64,000 nt of DNA. Origin: Nemertoderma westbladi (Eukaryota; Animalia; Xenacoelomorpha). The stretch spans positions 1 through 64,000 of the forward strand of contig JAUCBJ010000629.1 of NCBI GenBank assembly GCA_032718475.1, read 5' to 3'. Shown one piece after another: positions 21,991 through 34,640 of the stretch. Every line of letters begins with the position of its first letter. The stretch's first letter is position 1. Both the position numbers and the translations under genes were made by a program. The notes under the pieces are model-generated. The model was not told where the DNA came from. It ran no database searches and saw nothing but the letters and a program-made list of their open reading frames with translations.

Positions 21991-23945
21991 TGGTACAGCT
22001 TCTCGGGAACTGATTGTCGTGTAGAAAGATCAGTTAGGGATAAAAATAGTTAGCTTAAGATATAGTTAAAGGGATGGGCATCATTAGTTGTAGTATAAGA
22101 TTTAGTAGGTGTTGTAGATAGTAGAGAGAAAGATAAGTTAGTAGTAGCTGAGTTAGTGAATTTTCAAGCTATCAGACGATTTAATAGATGGGTATACTGT
22201 ACAGTACACTGTACTACTGTACACAAAGTAATTCTTTGGCTCAGATTAATCTGTGCTGCGTATTACGTACTAGGATAATACTTAACCTACAAGTGCGTGA
22301 TTAGTTTTGCTGAACAGAATTAAAAGACATTATTTAGAGATGGAGTTAGTAATTTGGTTTTTGCAAGGATTAATGAGTTTCAATGGTTGAAAGTAAATGA
22401 AATTTTAGATTTCGGAAAAGCTAATATTATAATTACTGTTTGTGGTCGTGTAGCTAGCATTTGATTCCCAAAATCAGGAAACCTTAACAGATCATTGATC
22501 ATTGAGGTAAAGTTATACGAGCATTGGAACGGGTAGGTGTAAAACGCGGATCCAAAATCAAAACGCGGTTGCAAAATCTTAAGTGGGAGAATATGTGATG
22601 CAGCTTTTAGAATAGATACCAGCTGATTTAGTTCAGGTTAACTCTCTAGGTAGAGAAGGATGTAAAATGTGGAACATTTTGCTGCGGGGTGAGAATTGTT
22701 TATATGGCGGGTGGGATACCAGTTAGTTGCAGCGTCCATAGGAAACTGCATGTGTTAGTCCCGTTACCGGTAAACCCGGTTCCGGTCAACCACCGGTGTA
22801 ACAGTGCCCTTACCCATGAAACAAATCATTGGCTTCAGAACCTGTATGTCTCGTCTCTATTAAAAATTTTAAAGCCTCACACTTTATTATCATAAAGTGC
22901 TACAGTAGATTATAAGTCTTGAAGCAAATAATATTTATTTTTAATGTAAACTATAGGAAATTCTCAATTTAAATTATTTATATATTTTATCAGCTTAACT
23001 CATAGAAATAGTACAAATTGAAATTTGAATTTGTATTTAATTATTATTTATTTGGGTACTGTAGGCACATTAATCAACTTTACTGAGCTATAAAAAAATA
23101 TAATCTAATAATATAGATGTTTAATGAGTCATTAGTCGTAGATTTAGGGTTAAGATGTAACAATACAGTAGGCCTAGTTATTCCACTTCAGCGGGAGAAG
23201 TTTCAATAAGAGGGGAAAAAATTGGAAACTTTTGGAGCCCCACCACTTTAACTAGTGAAGGACGGTGTACTGAATTTTTGTTAACAATATAAAGTTACAC
23301 TGGGAATACAGCACATTGAAATACAATTTCAGTTAACTGGTTTATATCAATTGAAAGCGGAGAGTCTTGCGGGTCTTTTGCGATGTCAATTAATTAAGTT
23401 CATGAAGAGGAACGTTTATAATAATATGCTATGCTGTTTGCAATTGCAAACTTCAACTGCAAAACTATGCGCTTTTGTAACTTTCACAGTTTTCTAACAA
23501 ACAAATTTATTTATCACAGAATTCTCCCTTAAATGTTGCCGGTCGTGTAACATCAAAATTTAAATCAAACTAGCGCGGCGTATGACCCCAAGGGAGTCTG
23601 AAATATATTGGCAAGCTAAGGTAGGCCGCTTGTGCATCAGTCGATTGATTCTCTCAATATAATTGCTAACAGCAATATGGGGGACGTACAGGGATTGTAT
23701 CAACAGTTCCGTTTGGTATGTTAACTGGGGCTGAAATGCAAGGTTATACATAAAATGCTGACTTGAGACAATTTTGTTCATGAATAACGGAGATTCTGGG
23801 CTCACACTCGTTGGGGCTACAAAATAATATACAGTACCAGTACACCACGCCACTTGGTTGAACCAGAATGCTAATTGTCCCCCAAAGCTTACCTCAATTA
23901 ATTGATGCAAATAACATTCGGTTCAGTAAATACTAAATACTGTAT

Positions 23946-25485
23946 TAATGGGCCCGCGGGGGGGGGGGGGGGGGGGGGGGTGGTCATATTGACCTCCCCC
24001 TCTAAAATCTACACATTTTAACGAAAACGCCTGATTTTTGTTTGTATGTAGATTTCACTAGTCTGAATCCGACCGAAAAAAAATTTGAAAAAAGTATTGG
24101 GGTGGTTATTTTGCAGTCTTACCGTAGTTGAAGTGAACAATTGTAGTGAACAATTTTCATAAAATTTGAAAGTTACAATTTTCGGCTAATTGTTTTTCAA
24201 TACAGGTTTTCTGGTGCGTAAAATCCATTAGAAAAGATTTAAAAATAATCTGATTTTAGTCTTCTAAGTAGGCAAAAAATTATAAAAGAAGTAGGCCTAA
24301 CCAGAAACCTTTTCAGTATGAACACAACAATTTTAATTCACTTATACGGTGCTATAACTTCACATTTTTATGTTTTCTGGGGCGCTGATTCTAATGGAAT
24401 GCGTTTCCAATTTGCCAGTTCATTGTTAATCGTATTTTTGGAGTAATGTGGCAAATTTTGGTGCTAGCACCAAATTTCATACCCATCACCAAATCGTACA
24501 AGTTTGAGCCATGTCCAGTGCGGTTTTTATGGATTCCATCGGATTCAGGACACTCATAACGCAAGAATCGTATAACGCAAGAAACAAGATGATACTATCT
24601 ATTGATCAATTTGCTTATTTTCAAAAATTTGGTGCTGGTACAACAATTTTCCCCCACCGGCGAAAAATACAAGTTTAAAAACTCTTATGCAATTTTTACT
24701 TATTCCTTTGAATTGAGAACCCTGACAAACCCATATAACGCAAGAAACAAGGTGACACAATCAATTTATAAATTTGATGGTTTTCAAAATTTGGTGCTAC
24801 TGTAGCACCAAATTTGGCACCCACTTCCGTAAAATACAGGTTTGAGATGTCTAGTTATATAATTATTTATTCCATTGAATTCAGTACCGCCATAAACCTC
24901 TAAAACGCGAGAATTAAGTTGTAACAAGCAATTGAACTATTGAATGGATTTTCAAAATTTCGTGCTGGCACCAAATTTTGCACACAGCGGCGAAAAATAC
25001 AAGAAACAAATACAAAATACGCCTGGTGCAACTCGTAAATATCCCGTCGAAACCAGAACCCGGTTGAAACAATCAATTTACAAAATTAACATTTCAAAAT
25101 TTGGTGCTGGTACCAAAATTGGCACCCGCCGAAAAAACAAGTTTGAAATTTCTAAATTTACTTATATGAATTCCATCTACAGTAATTGTAAATACCAAAA
25201 AACCGGTTTAAATAAAAAATAGAGATGTTACAAATAATATTTATTGAAATGATATTTTCAAAAAACGCCTCAAAAAAAGTGCCAAAAGTAGGGTTAAAAA
25301 ATGGTGCTATAACTCAGAAACTTTCCAATATTTTTAAAAACCGCTTCCACTATTAGGAAGACAATAGATTTTTAGGAAAAGTCATAAAACTTCAGATTCC
25401 CCACTGCGTTTGTTTCAGAGTTATAACAAAAAAAACACGGAGGAAGGGGTCATATTGACCCCCCCCCCCCCGGGTTGAATAGGAA
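23946..25485. mobile_element. Non-autonomous DNA transposon with G/C-run TIRs and internal subrepeats
   Basis: CCCGC-G(n)-GGTCATATTGACC on the left and GGTCATATTGAC-C(n)-GGG on the right. Repeated CAAAATTTGGTGCT(A/G)GCACCAAATT modules at 24450-25130. No clean TSD, so the superfamily is undetermined. Confidence 0.6.
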
Positions 25486-25491
25486 GTATAA

Positions 25492-27340
25492 TTAGTACAC
25501 GAAGTGGGGCCTTCGCGCAGCACGTGACTTAAATTTAATTTAAGTACTAATTCGAAAGTATTACTGTATTAGGATATTATTGGAATGTGGTGTGGAATGT
25601 TAGGAATGTATATGAATCAGCAGTCCGGTAGAGGTTTACATATTTAAAAGAACTGCCGAAATATAAGTTATATGAGTATTATTTGTTATGATTTCTACCA
25701 TTATATTCTTCCACGCAAAGTTCCTAGTCCTATAGGTCCAATCAAAACATTCTGTATATTGCCAATGGTTCAACGTAATCAAAGAGACGACGCTAGACAC
25801 GCACGCAGCCAATCCCAGTGAAAAATGCACGCAAATAAGTAGTCATAAGTGATAATTCTAGAAAGGCTTTTCTGCGAATGTAGGCTATTGTGTAATTCAT
25901 TTCAGTACCGGTCTGCCTAACTGTCTGCACCAGGTGTCTGCACCAGGTGTCTGCACCAGGTGTCTGCACCAGGTGTCTGCACTAGGTGTCTGCACCAGGT
26001 GTCTGCACCAGGTGTCTGCACCAGGTGTCTGCACCAGGTGTCTGCACCCACCAGATGTCTGCACCAGGTGTCTGCACCAGGTGTCTGCACCAGGTGTCTG
26101 CACCAGGTGTCTGCACCAGGTGTCTGCACCAGGTGTCTGCACCAGTTGTCTGCACCAGGTGTCTGCACCAGGTGTCTGCACCAGGTGTCTGCTTAACGTT
26201 TACACCCCAATTCCGCTTGGTTTATATCTTGATTATCAATAAAATAGTAATAAAAAAAAGTATATTTGAGAATGTTGAAATAATGCGTTTAGTAGTGTGA
26301 CCAGCGTCTTGAATTTCCGCTTACCTCTAGCGGCAGACTGGAGAAATGCAGATTGACCACCTTCCTCAGAAAGACGCAGCATGTGCTCTAGTACATATGC
26401 CAATATTCACTTTAAATAAATTAATATCAAGGAATTGGGGACAGTTATACATTTCGCCCTCTAGCGGCAGACTGGAGGACTCCAGACCGTTTACTGCCCA
26501 CCAAAGACTCAGGCCGACTTCTACTACATATCTGCTACGTTTCAGCTTGAACGGATCATAAATAACGAGATGGGAGAAAGATTTCACTTTCAAACATTTC
26601 GCCCTCTAGCGGCAGACTGAAGAACTGCACACGGATTATCCTTCAATTCAATTCAATTCAATTCAATTCCTTCTTTCAAAGTCACAGCTAATGGTCTAGT
26701 ACATATCTGCCAAATTTCAGCATAAATGGATTAAAAGCAAAGAAATGGGAGGACATTTAACGTTTAGACATGTGGCCCTCTAGCAGGAGACTATTGCTCT
26801 GATGGTGTCTGAAAGTCTCTCAAACGTCTCAACTTTAGCTCATATTGATACCTACAAATTTTCAACTTGGCAGCTTTAAATCCGACAAAGTTATTAGCAT
26901 GTCAAAATCGTAACGACGACAACGATTTCACTTTCAGACCTTTGGCCCTCTAGCGGCAGACTGGAGAACTGCAGATGGATTCGCCTCCTTTGAAAGTCAC
27001 AGCTAATGGTCTAATACATATCTGCCAAGTTTCAGCTTAAACGGATTAAAAGCAAAGAAATGGGAGGGCATTTAATGTTTAGACATGTGGCCCTCTAGCG
27101 GGAGACCATTGCACTGATTGTGTCTGAAAGTCTCTCAAAATTCTCAACTTTTGCTCATATTGATACCTACAAATTTTCAACTTGGCAGCTTTAAATCCGA
27201 CAAAGTTATTAGCATGTCAAAATCGTAACGACGACGACGACAACGACGACGACGACGACGACAACTATTTGCATAAATTGACCCACCCCCTAACAGTGTC
27301 AATTCGCTAAGGCTCCGCCAACTTCGTGGCTCGCCCCACA
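25492..27340 (-). mobile_element. Putative Helentron/DINE-like element carrying ~145-bp repeats, (GAC)n and a 13-bp array
   Basis: End motifs TTAGTACACG-N2-3-GTGGGGCCTTCGCGCAGCACG and CGCTAAGGCTC...ACTTCGTGGCTCGCCCCACA recur as a pair at 47733 and 49315. CCCTCTAGCGG repeats (26320-27240) are the reverse complement of the Helitron satellite. (GAC)n at 27228-27263. Confidence 0.5.
25921..26192. repeat. 13-bp minisatellite (TGTCTGCACCAGG), about 20 copies
   Basis: Directly visible and nearly perfect. It generates the repetitive ORFs in the track. Confidence 0.97.
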
Positions 27341-27978
27341 AGTACGGCAGTATTCAATCAGTCAATAAAAGTGTTTTCAGTGGTTAGCCAAGGTAATTGA
27401 CTATGATTCTCGACGTCCTGCCCGGATGTTACTCGGCGAAATACAACAGGTCTGCTCTGCGTCAGCAAAACAGAAGAATAAGATAACGACCAGGCCGAAA
27501 CTAGCAGTTCCCGGAAAAGCATGGCATCATGGGTAGTGATTCTATGTTCCTGATTTTATGTTTTTTTTATTGTTATTGGGGTGTAAGACTCTATTGTTTA
27601 CCTGTTTATTTATTTTTTATATATATACACTAACAAGCCCCTGTTAGTCAAGATGTCGCGTAGAACCTTTAATTATCACATCATGGCTAGTTGCCGGTCA
27701 ACAACCAATAAAAAGCCGCATTTTGCTCTCTTTACGTTTTATCAAAGAGATTCAGAATTCAGAAAGTGAAAAATTATATTAGTTTATTACAGTACTTCCA
27801 ATGGATACCAAGCCGGACGCGGCGGGGCGTGTGAAGTAGGGGGCAGAGGTTAGCGGCAATAAAATGCGCATTTTAGGACGCAAAAGCTTTTACATATTCT
27901 CCCCAGCGTAAATAAATAGGGGCCTACTCATTTAGCTACACCACTTAAGGTTGCAAAGCAGGGATGCGCAGTGGCCGG

Positions 27979-28388
27979 CAGAGGCGTCGCGAGGGGGGGG
28001 GGGGGGTGGGAATGTTCCCCCGGGCGCACTCACCCGGGGGCGCTGAAATGCCAGGCAAATGTCAGGGTATTCTTGTAAAAATAAGACAAATCAGTGAAAA
28101 TTCAGGGATTGTGATACAGTATATACAGGACATGTGTCATAAGCGAAAAATGTAAAAAATTTCACTATTCACTATATTAAACTTGTGTATAACAGATTTG
28201 ATATAGTTATATTATATACTTTTAGTAAACTGTTTTTTTTAAATATTATATTCTGTTATATAATATTCAAAAAAACCACCATAAATGAAAAGTTCAAATA
28301 ATTTTATTGAAGGGGGGGGGGGGGGGGGGGGGGGGGCGCTATCTCAGCTTTATTCCACTGAGCGCCAGAAGGGTTCGCTACGCCTCTG
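27979..28388. mobile_element. hAT-type MITE
   Basis: TIRs CAGAGGCGTCGCGA / TCGCTACGCCTCTG (13/14 match). 8-bp TSD GTGGCCGG (27971-27978) / GTGGCTGG (28389-28396). Confidence 0.85.
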
Positions 28389-28539
28389 GTGGCTGGTCCT
28401 TTGAAAGCATTCGTGCCGAAACGAAAATTGCCATGGCCCACGACCTTGGAGAGATTTGATTTCAATGCAACCACTACACCACGGTGGTACCTTTATTCAC
28501 TTCGGACCTGTAACCCATTTTAACCCTATTTTTCTTCAC

Positions 28540-28716
28540 CTTTCTTAGAACGTGGCAGCTTCCTGTCTTTATATAGCCGATGTATGGCGATTGTTGTCCC
28601 TCTGTTGTTACTATGGTATCGGGTTCTAGAACCTTCCATTTTATAGATTCTGCAAATCTGTTTATCGACAGTTGAGGCCACATGTTGAACTGTGGGCATG
28701 TTTGCAGCAGTTGCAC
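28540..28716 (-). CDS. Internal exon of the same CNBD protein, N-terminal half of a CNB domain
   Basis: Acceptor tttattcag| at 28716 and donor AAG|GTGAAG at 28540. 177 nt, phase 0-0. VQLLQTCPQFNMWPQLSINRFAESIKWKVLEPDTIVTTEGQQSPYIGYIKTGSCHVLRK joins in frame to the 6057 exon. Confidence 0.85.
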
Positions 28717-30705
28717 CTGAATAAATAGAAAATGTATAGTCTTTTATATTGACATTCATGTGGAACTCAGTTAAAGGGGTAGTCCCCCCCCCCCCCCTTA
28801 CGGTTTTTTCTCATTTTGTAAATGTCTCCAATGTGGTTGAAAAATGCATAGAAAACGTTATACCATCGAAAAGAGGATCATCAAAAGCACATAAAAATAA
28901 AAAAATAATTTTTTTGGCGCCCCCTTGCGGCATGCGTGAATATTTAAAAATTCACTAAATAGACTTGGCCTACTCCTCCGTTATTTTCCATTTTTATTTT
29001 CCGATATCACATTTTTTGGAACCAGCATGTGCATTTTCATCATCACGTCAGCATGTTCATTTTTCACAAAATTTTTGTATTTTCGTTTTCTATTTCTGAT
29101 GGCAATTTTGTTAAATAAAATTCAAAATTTTTGAAAAACTGAAAACCCCATGTTTTTTCTAATTTTTCATAAAAAAAGGGAAATATTATTCAATTCAGGA
29201 AAGTGAAATTTATTGAAGCTTATAAAATTATACCTTTCTTATAAAGCAAAAATTGCAAAAAACGGTTAAGAAAATTGATGAAGGAATCACACCACCGAGC
29301 TAAAATTGTATTTATGGGGGTTTTCGGGGTCACTGAGTCCAGTTTTAACATTTGGTGGAATTTAGTCTGTCGGTTCTCTGTCTGTCTTACTTTTTTGTCG
29401 CACAGAGTGGCAGACAGATATCCCACGATAACTCGAGAACTAAAAGAGCCCTCTCTAAGTCGTTTTAAGATTTGAAATCACCATGAAATCTGCTCTAGAT
29501 GAAATATATAACAAATTTCTGAAATTTTTAGTGAGGATTACATATTTTATAGATATATATATATATTGGCTAATAATTAGGCCTATATAAATTATAAGCT
29601 TCTAGTTTCTAGGCTAAGACAATCTAAGTAATCCTAAACTGTGGGTCGCAATGACATGTGGGTAGGTGCATTTGAAAGCTAATTAAAATGCGCTTCTTAT
29701 GGAATACATAACTCAAAAATTATTTTTTCTCGAAATCGGCTGGTTTCTAAATGCACTGACACATACAGTATGAATTCAATATGCATTCACATTCAAAAAG
29801 TCAGAGCGACAGAACTCAATCTATTTCACTCTTTCATACTGTTAGACAACAAGGTACTTTAAGGTAAGGTAATTAGTGCATGGTTATAAATTATTATAAT
29901 GACCTTAAATCATGTTGCTGATTCTTTATAGCAATTTAGGATGTTAGGTATAATTATTCACCTTAGTAGAGTTTAGTTTCTTATTCAGTACCGGTATTAA
30001 TCATTGTTTTTAATACATAGGTTGTATGCAAGGTACCTTACCTCTATTAACATAAAAAGATAACAAATTAATTATGCCAGCTCTTCTCAATTATTGTACA
30101 CACGAGGTATTAGCTGGCAGTTGCAATTATTGGTTGCATTGGCCCTAATTGCCCAATATTGAATGTTTTGTTCATTGATGTAAAAGCTGATAATTATAGG
30201 GATTTGGTCTTTGTGGAGCCTATCTTTGTGACCAGATTAAATTTCATTATTATTGGTATTAATTAATTATTGTTCATTGCAACTCATTTTAATTTGCTCA
30301 AAATTACAATATTGTGGTATAATTGTTATTATTAGTTTAAATGTCAAGCAAAATTTGACGCTTCTTTTGACGCCTCTTTTAATCCGATATTTTACGTAAT
30401 AATGTAGGTGTCTCAAAAAAATCAATGGCCTTTCACTTTTCTTCTAAGAGTTAACAAAAAGACCAACATTAGAAGCAGCCTGTTCTAATGAGCTGATGAG
30501 CCTTTGGACACCTAGAGATTCGAAGAGTATTCCCCATCAGTAAAGTCTAGATCCGTTAGGTACTTTGCTGGATTTCCTCTACTTCTTGGGCCAGTGGGGG
30601 GTGTTACCATAACACCATCTTTTATTAAGATGTTCTAAAGATATGCGTAGTATAGTGCAGTCAAAAACAATTATGAATATGAAAATTGCAAGTGTGTCAC
30701 CCTGA

Positions 30706-31290
30706 AAGACTCCCCTCGCCATATGTAAGGGAAAGGCATGGGCAGCCGTGAATAGTCTTTCGAGGATTTGGAAGTCACCGAGAATTAATCGGAAACTTAA
30801 GGTCTCATTATTTAGAGCAGCAGTAGTTCCAGTACTCCTCTATGCCTATGGGAGTCCATGCTGGGCTCTAACTGCTGAGGACACCAAATCTCTGGATGGC
30901 ACATTCACAAGAATGCTACGCCGGGTTCATTGTGTCAAGTACAATGTACACATCTCCAACCAGACACTATATAACATTGGAGGTGTCTCATTGGTTCCCT
31001 CAAGCTTGACACTGCCTCCGTTTTGCAGGACATTGCTTTCGCCGTGAGGACCATCCAGTGCATAATCTTGTACATTGGCAGCCTCATGGAGTGAATAAGC
31101 ATGGTGGACATCCCATGACTTTCTTGAGACGCATCTTAAAGGACACTGGCCTTGAAGATGCAGATGATCTAGCAAATGTCATGGGTGATAGGGAGATGTG
31201 GCGGCGCAATTTTGTCGAAAAGCCGGCACAGCATTCTTAAAAATGCAGCTGCAATGCAGCATGCCGAGCCTAGTAGTAGTAGTAGTAGTA
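30706..31290 (+). mobile_element. 5'-truncated RTE-like LINE (ORF2 C-terminus) with a (TAG)n tail
   Basis: IWKSPRINRKLKVSLFRAAVVPVLLY...LDGTFTRMLRR and ...VMGDREMWRR, frameshifted. (TAG)6 tail at 31271-31290. Confidence 0.8.
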
Positions 31291-31560
31291 CTCCCCATAG
31301 GACTTTGAAGGAATCTTTGTCACCATCAGCAGTAGACACATAGATATAGTACATACATACATACATATCGTGGAACCGCCGTACAGTCATCTCATAGCTA
31401 CATAATGTCCTCAGGAATTCCATTCTTGCCATTCAAGGCCTTTAGCAGAATAGGAGTAAAATTACAGTAAGACAACAGCCAGCTGTTTTTCTTGTAGATA
31501 ACTCTTCAATTATCGTTCTGAGAGCCAGGATGGGCCCCATGATCATATGACCTTTACATT
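31291..31560 (-). pseudogene. Highly decayed RT fragment, opposite orientation
   Basis: ILALRTIIEE and VSTADGDKDSFKVLWGV resemble RTE RT subdomains leading into GVLQG. Confidence 0.45.
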
Positions 31561-32159
31561 TCACATATTCAGTCTTTCAATGAGATCTCTTAATTAATGT
31601 AATTTAATATAATAATATCGTGTAGCTTTGCAGGAATCCCGTGAGATTCCACGTCTTCACAATTTACAGCATAAATTGTGATTAATTTGTAGAACAAGAT
31701 TGGACACACTTTTTACCTGTTGTCGCGGTAGCTGGTTAGAAAAAGAGACACATGCGTAGCCGGTTACCGTGTGGGAGAGTTTGAGAGTTTGGTTCGTTTT
31801 CACTGGTTCTTTGTTTGGACGGGTAATCGGACTCACAACTTGGGAAAACTAGCTTCTTGTTTATCCTTCCATGTAAAATAGAAATACCATAGGTAATAAA
31901 CAGTAACCAGTAAAGGCACAAGTCTGAATCTGATATCTGCACATCACTAATCACTTGATCTGTATATAAGAACCGTTACAACTAAAGCCACTTTTCAGGT
32001 ATGAGAAGCACATGTGACTGAAGTATAAATTGATATTACAGCAGTATAAGCTACTTTAGATTTAGGGGGTTTGGTTTTTATCTATTTAAAACACTCATCG
32101 ATATTAAAATTAAAATACAGAATACAGATATGATAACATAAGAAATAGTAAAAGGTGAG

Positions 32160-34640
32160 GTTGAGAAAGTTGAGTCGGTCGAGGTAGCTACTATTTATAG
32201 GACAAACCGCACCGCAAATAAAGTCTACGTGTAAAATATCATTGTACATTCTCAACCAAGTCTATAGACGTTAATAAGAATGTGGACCAAACAGGAGTAC
32301 AATATTCCAATAAAGGCCGGACGTATGATTTATACGCTCTTATAAGAGCTACCATGTTCTTAGTGTAAAAACAACAAAAAAGCATATTTACAATTTTGTA
32401 GGCTTTGGCTACTTGTTCACGGCAATACATAACGAACTTTAGATTATTGGAAATTGTAACTCCTAAATCTTTACAGTGAGATTCCCCATTTATATTCTTA
32501 TTGTAAAACCAGTAAGAGGTACGCACATTATTGTTACCGAAATAAAGCACTTGGCACTTATGAGGAGCAATTGTGAGTTGCCATTCACTTGCCCAGTGCT
32601 CTAATGCTGAACTTAAAACGTGAGAGGTAACAGAGAGAGCGAATAATTTAGCATCATCAGCAAATAATTTGCATGATACAGGGTAAACATTTTCAGGTAA
32701 GTCATTAATGAACAGTAAAAATAATAATGGTCCTAAAACTGTCCCCTCCGGGGTACCCGAAATAAGTTTACAATAATTAGAATAACTATTTTCAACTAGT
32801 ACACGTTGAGTACGATTGGAAAGAAATGCTGTCAACCAAGCAATAAGATTTCCGCTAATTCCATAACTGGAAAGCTTAGCTAAAAGCTTACTTTGTACTA
32901 CTGAATCGAATGCCTTTGCGAAGTCAATGTACACTACGTCAAAGGCATCGCCATTATCAACCATTTTATACCATTCATTAACGGATTCCAATAACTGAGT
33001 ACATGTAGATTTGCGCTTTAAAAACCCGTGCTGTGCCTTTGTAATTAACTTGTTCCTAAGTAAATATTCAGATAACTCATATTTAATACACATTTCCATT
33101 AACTTACAGGATATACACGTTAATGAAATAGGCCGGTAGTTGTAGGAATCAGATGAATTGCCTTTTTTAAACAGCGGGATGACGTCAGCTGTGAGCCAAT
33201 TTGAAGGGAGCATTTTCGTTTCAAATGAGATGGTAAATATCGCGAACAATGGTGCAGATATACAGCGTGCTAATTTTGAAAAAAGAAGGCTGGGCAATCC
33301 ATCTGGAGTCCTACTGATCTTGGACGGAATCTTTCGAAGCATAGTATAAACATTTACAGGAAAAAAATGTATTGTTGATATATTAATTCCTACGGGTACT
33401 CTACGGGGAAAATCGGGTACAATATTGTTATCAATTGTAAAATTTTCTGACAATACATTTAATAAAATATGAGCCTTGGTGGCGTTATCGACAACAGTGG
33501 AGCCACCAAACTTCAGCGGTGATATACCAGACTTATTAATACGTTTGGAGTTGACATACCTGAAAATTGAATCTCCCATTCCGGAGGGGAGAACTTTGTT
33601 TTCGTTAATGCAGGCCGCTCTAAATGCAGCACTGGATGCTAAGCGAGCACATTTTTTATATTCTATCAAACCGCCGGTTGTGTGTCTGCGCCGCCACAAC
33701 AATTTTTTTTCGCTGGAGTTTTTTGACAAAAGCTGGATGTATTTTCAGTTTAGGGTTAAATTTCTTAAATGGCACAAATCGTTCGATTCCTTTCTTTAAA
33801 ATGGAGCTAAAAGTTGTCCAAAAATCGTCAACTGTATCACATAGTTCAAATTGCTCGCACCGATTAAAACTGTCAATAAATGAAATAAAATTGTTATAAT
33901 TAGCTAATAATAATTGTTTAAAATCATAGTAACTATGGTTTGTTTCACCCGAATACTGAACTGGCGCTATAATATTAAAAATAACTGCCGAATCATGATT
34001 ACTGGTGGAAAATCTGGCTGATGTGATTATACAAGAAACAACCATATCATCCATGGTGAATACTAAGTCTAACACATTAGTTCCTCTGGTAGGTTCAAAT
34101 ACAGTTGTGACAGACCGTTCTCTAAAATAAAGTGGGAAAATCTATTGTACACCAGGTTATCGGGGTATGTGAAATTTCCCCAGTCAAATTCTGGTAAGTT
34201 AAAATCCCCAAATATAATACAAGGAAAACTAACATCGCAACAAATTTGTAATGGCATTACAGATGAGATAGTCGTTAGTTGAGGTGGAGTTGGGTGCCCT
34301 GTACAAACAAACAATACGTACGGGGCGTTACCCACAAGATCTACTGCAACCATCTCTGATTCCCCATCATAACTAACTGGAACAGCAACACATTTGATAT
34401 TTTTCCTTATAAGTAATGCAGATTACCCCCCACCCCTAGATTTACGATCTCTACGAAATACCACGAAATTATTATCGCCATTTATCTGAGCATCAGGCAC
34501 AGAGTCTGTACGCCATGTTTCTGTTATTCCTATTAAATCAAAGTCACCCTTAGAAAGTAATAAATCCAGATCATGAAATTTATTGCACAATGATTGAGCA
34601 TTGACACTATAACAGTTGAGTAGTAGTTTCGATTTAGTAA
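32160..34640 (-). mobile_element. CR1-group LINE, ORF2 (APE endonuclease + RT), frameshifted and truncated
   Basis: APE motifs VNAQSLCNK, IGITETW, IFGDFNLP, LDLVFT and SNHD. RT motifs YRPISLT, QHGF, YIDFAKAFD, LFADD and YKSYVRPLLEYC. Confidence 0.92.
32239..33729 (-). pseudogene. 496-aa open RT portion of the CR1-group LINE ORF2
   Basis: ORF-track protein with a full set of RT motifs. The upstream frame is broken and the C-terminus ends prematurely. Confidence 0.88.

Noticed and set aside
23560-23910. 116-aa minus-strand ORF as an extra CNBD exon
   Set aside because: No recognisable motif, and the flanking CNBD exons already join seamlessly.
25897-26300. Repetitive ORFs (QTPGADTWCRHLV)
   Set aside because: Translation of a stop-free 13-bp minisatellite in several frames.
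28771-29760. Kolobok-like element starting TTAA|AGGGGTAGTCCC
   Set aside because: It looks like transposon subterminal sequence, but no matching right TIR or TSD was found.
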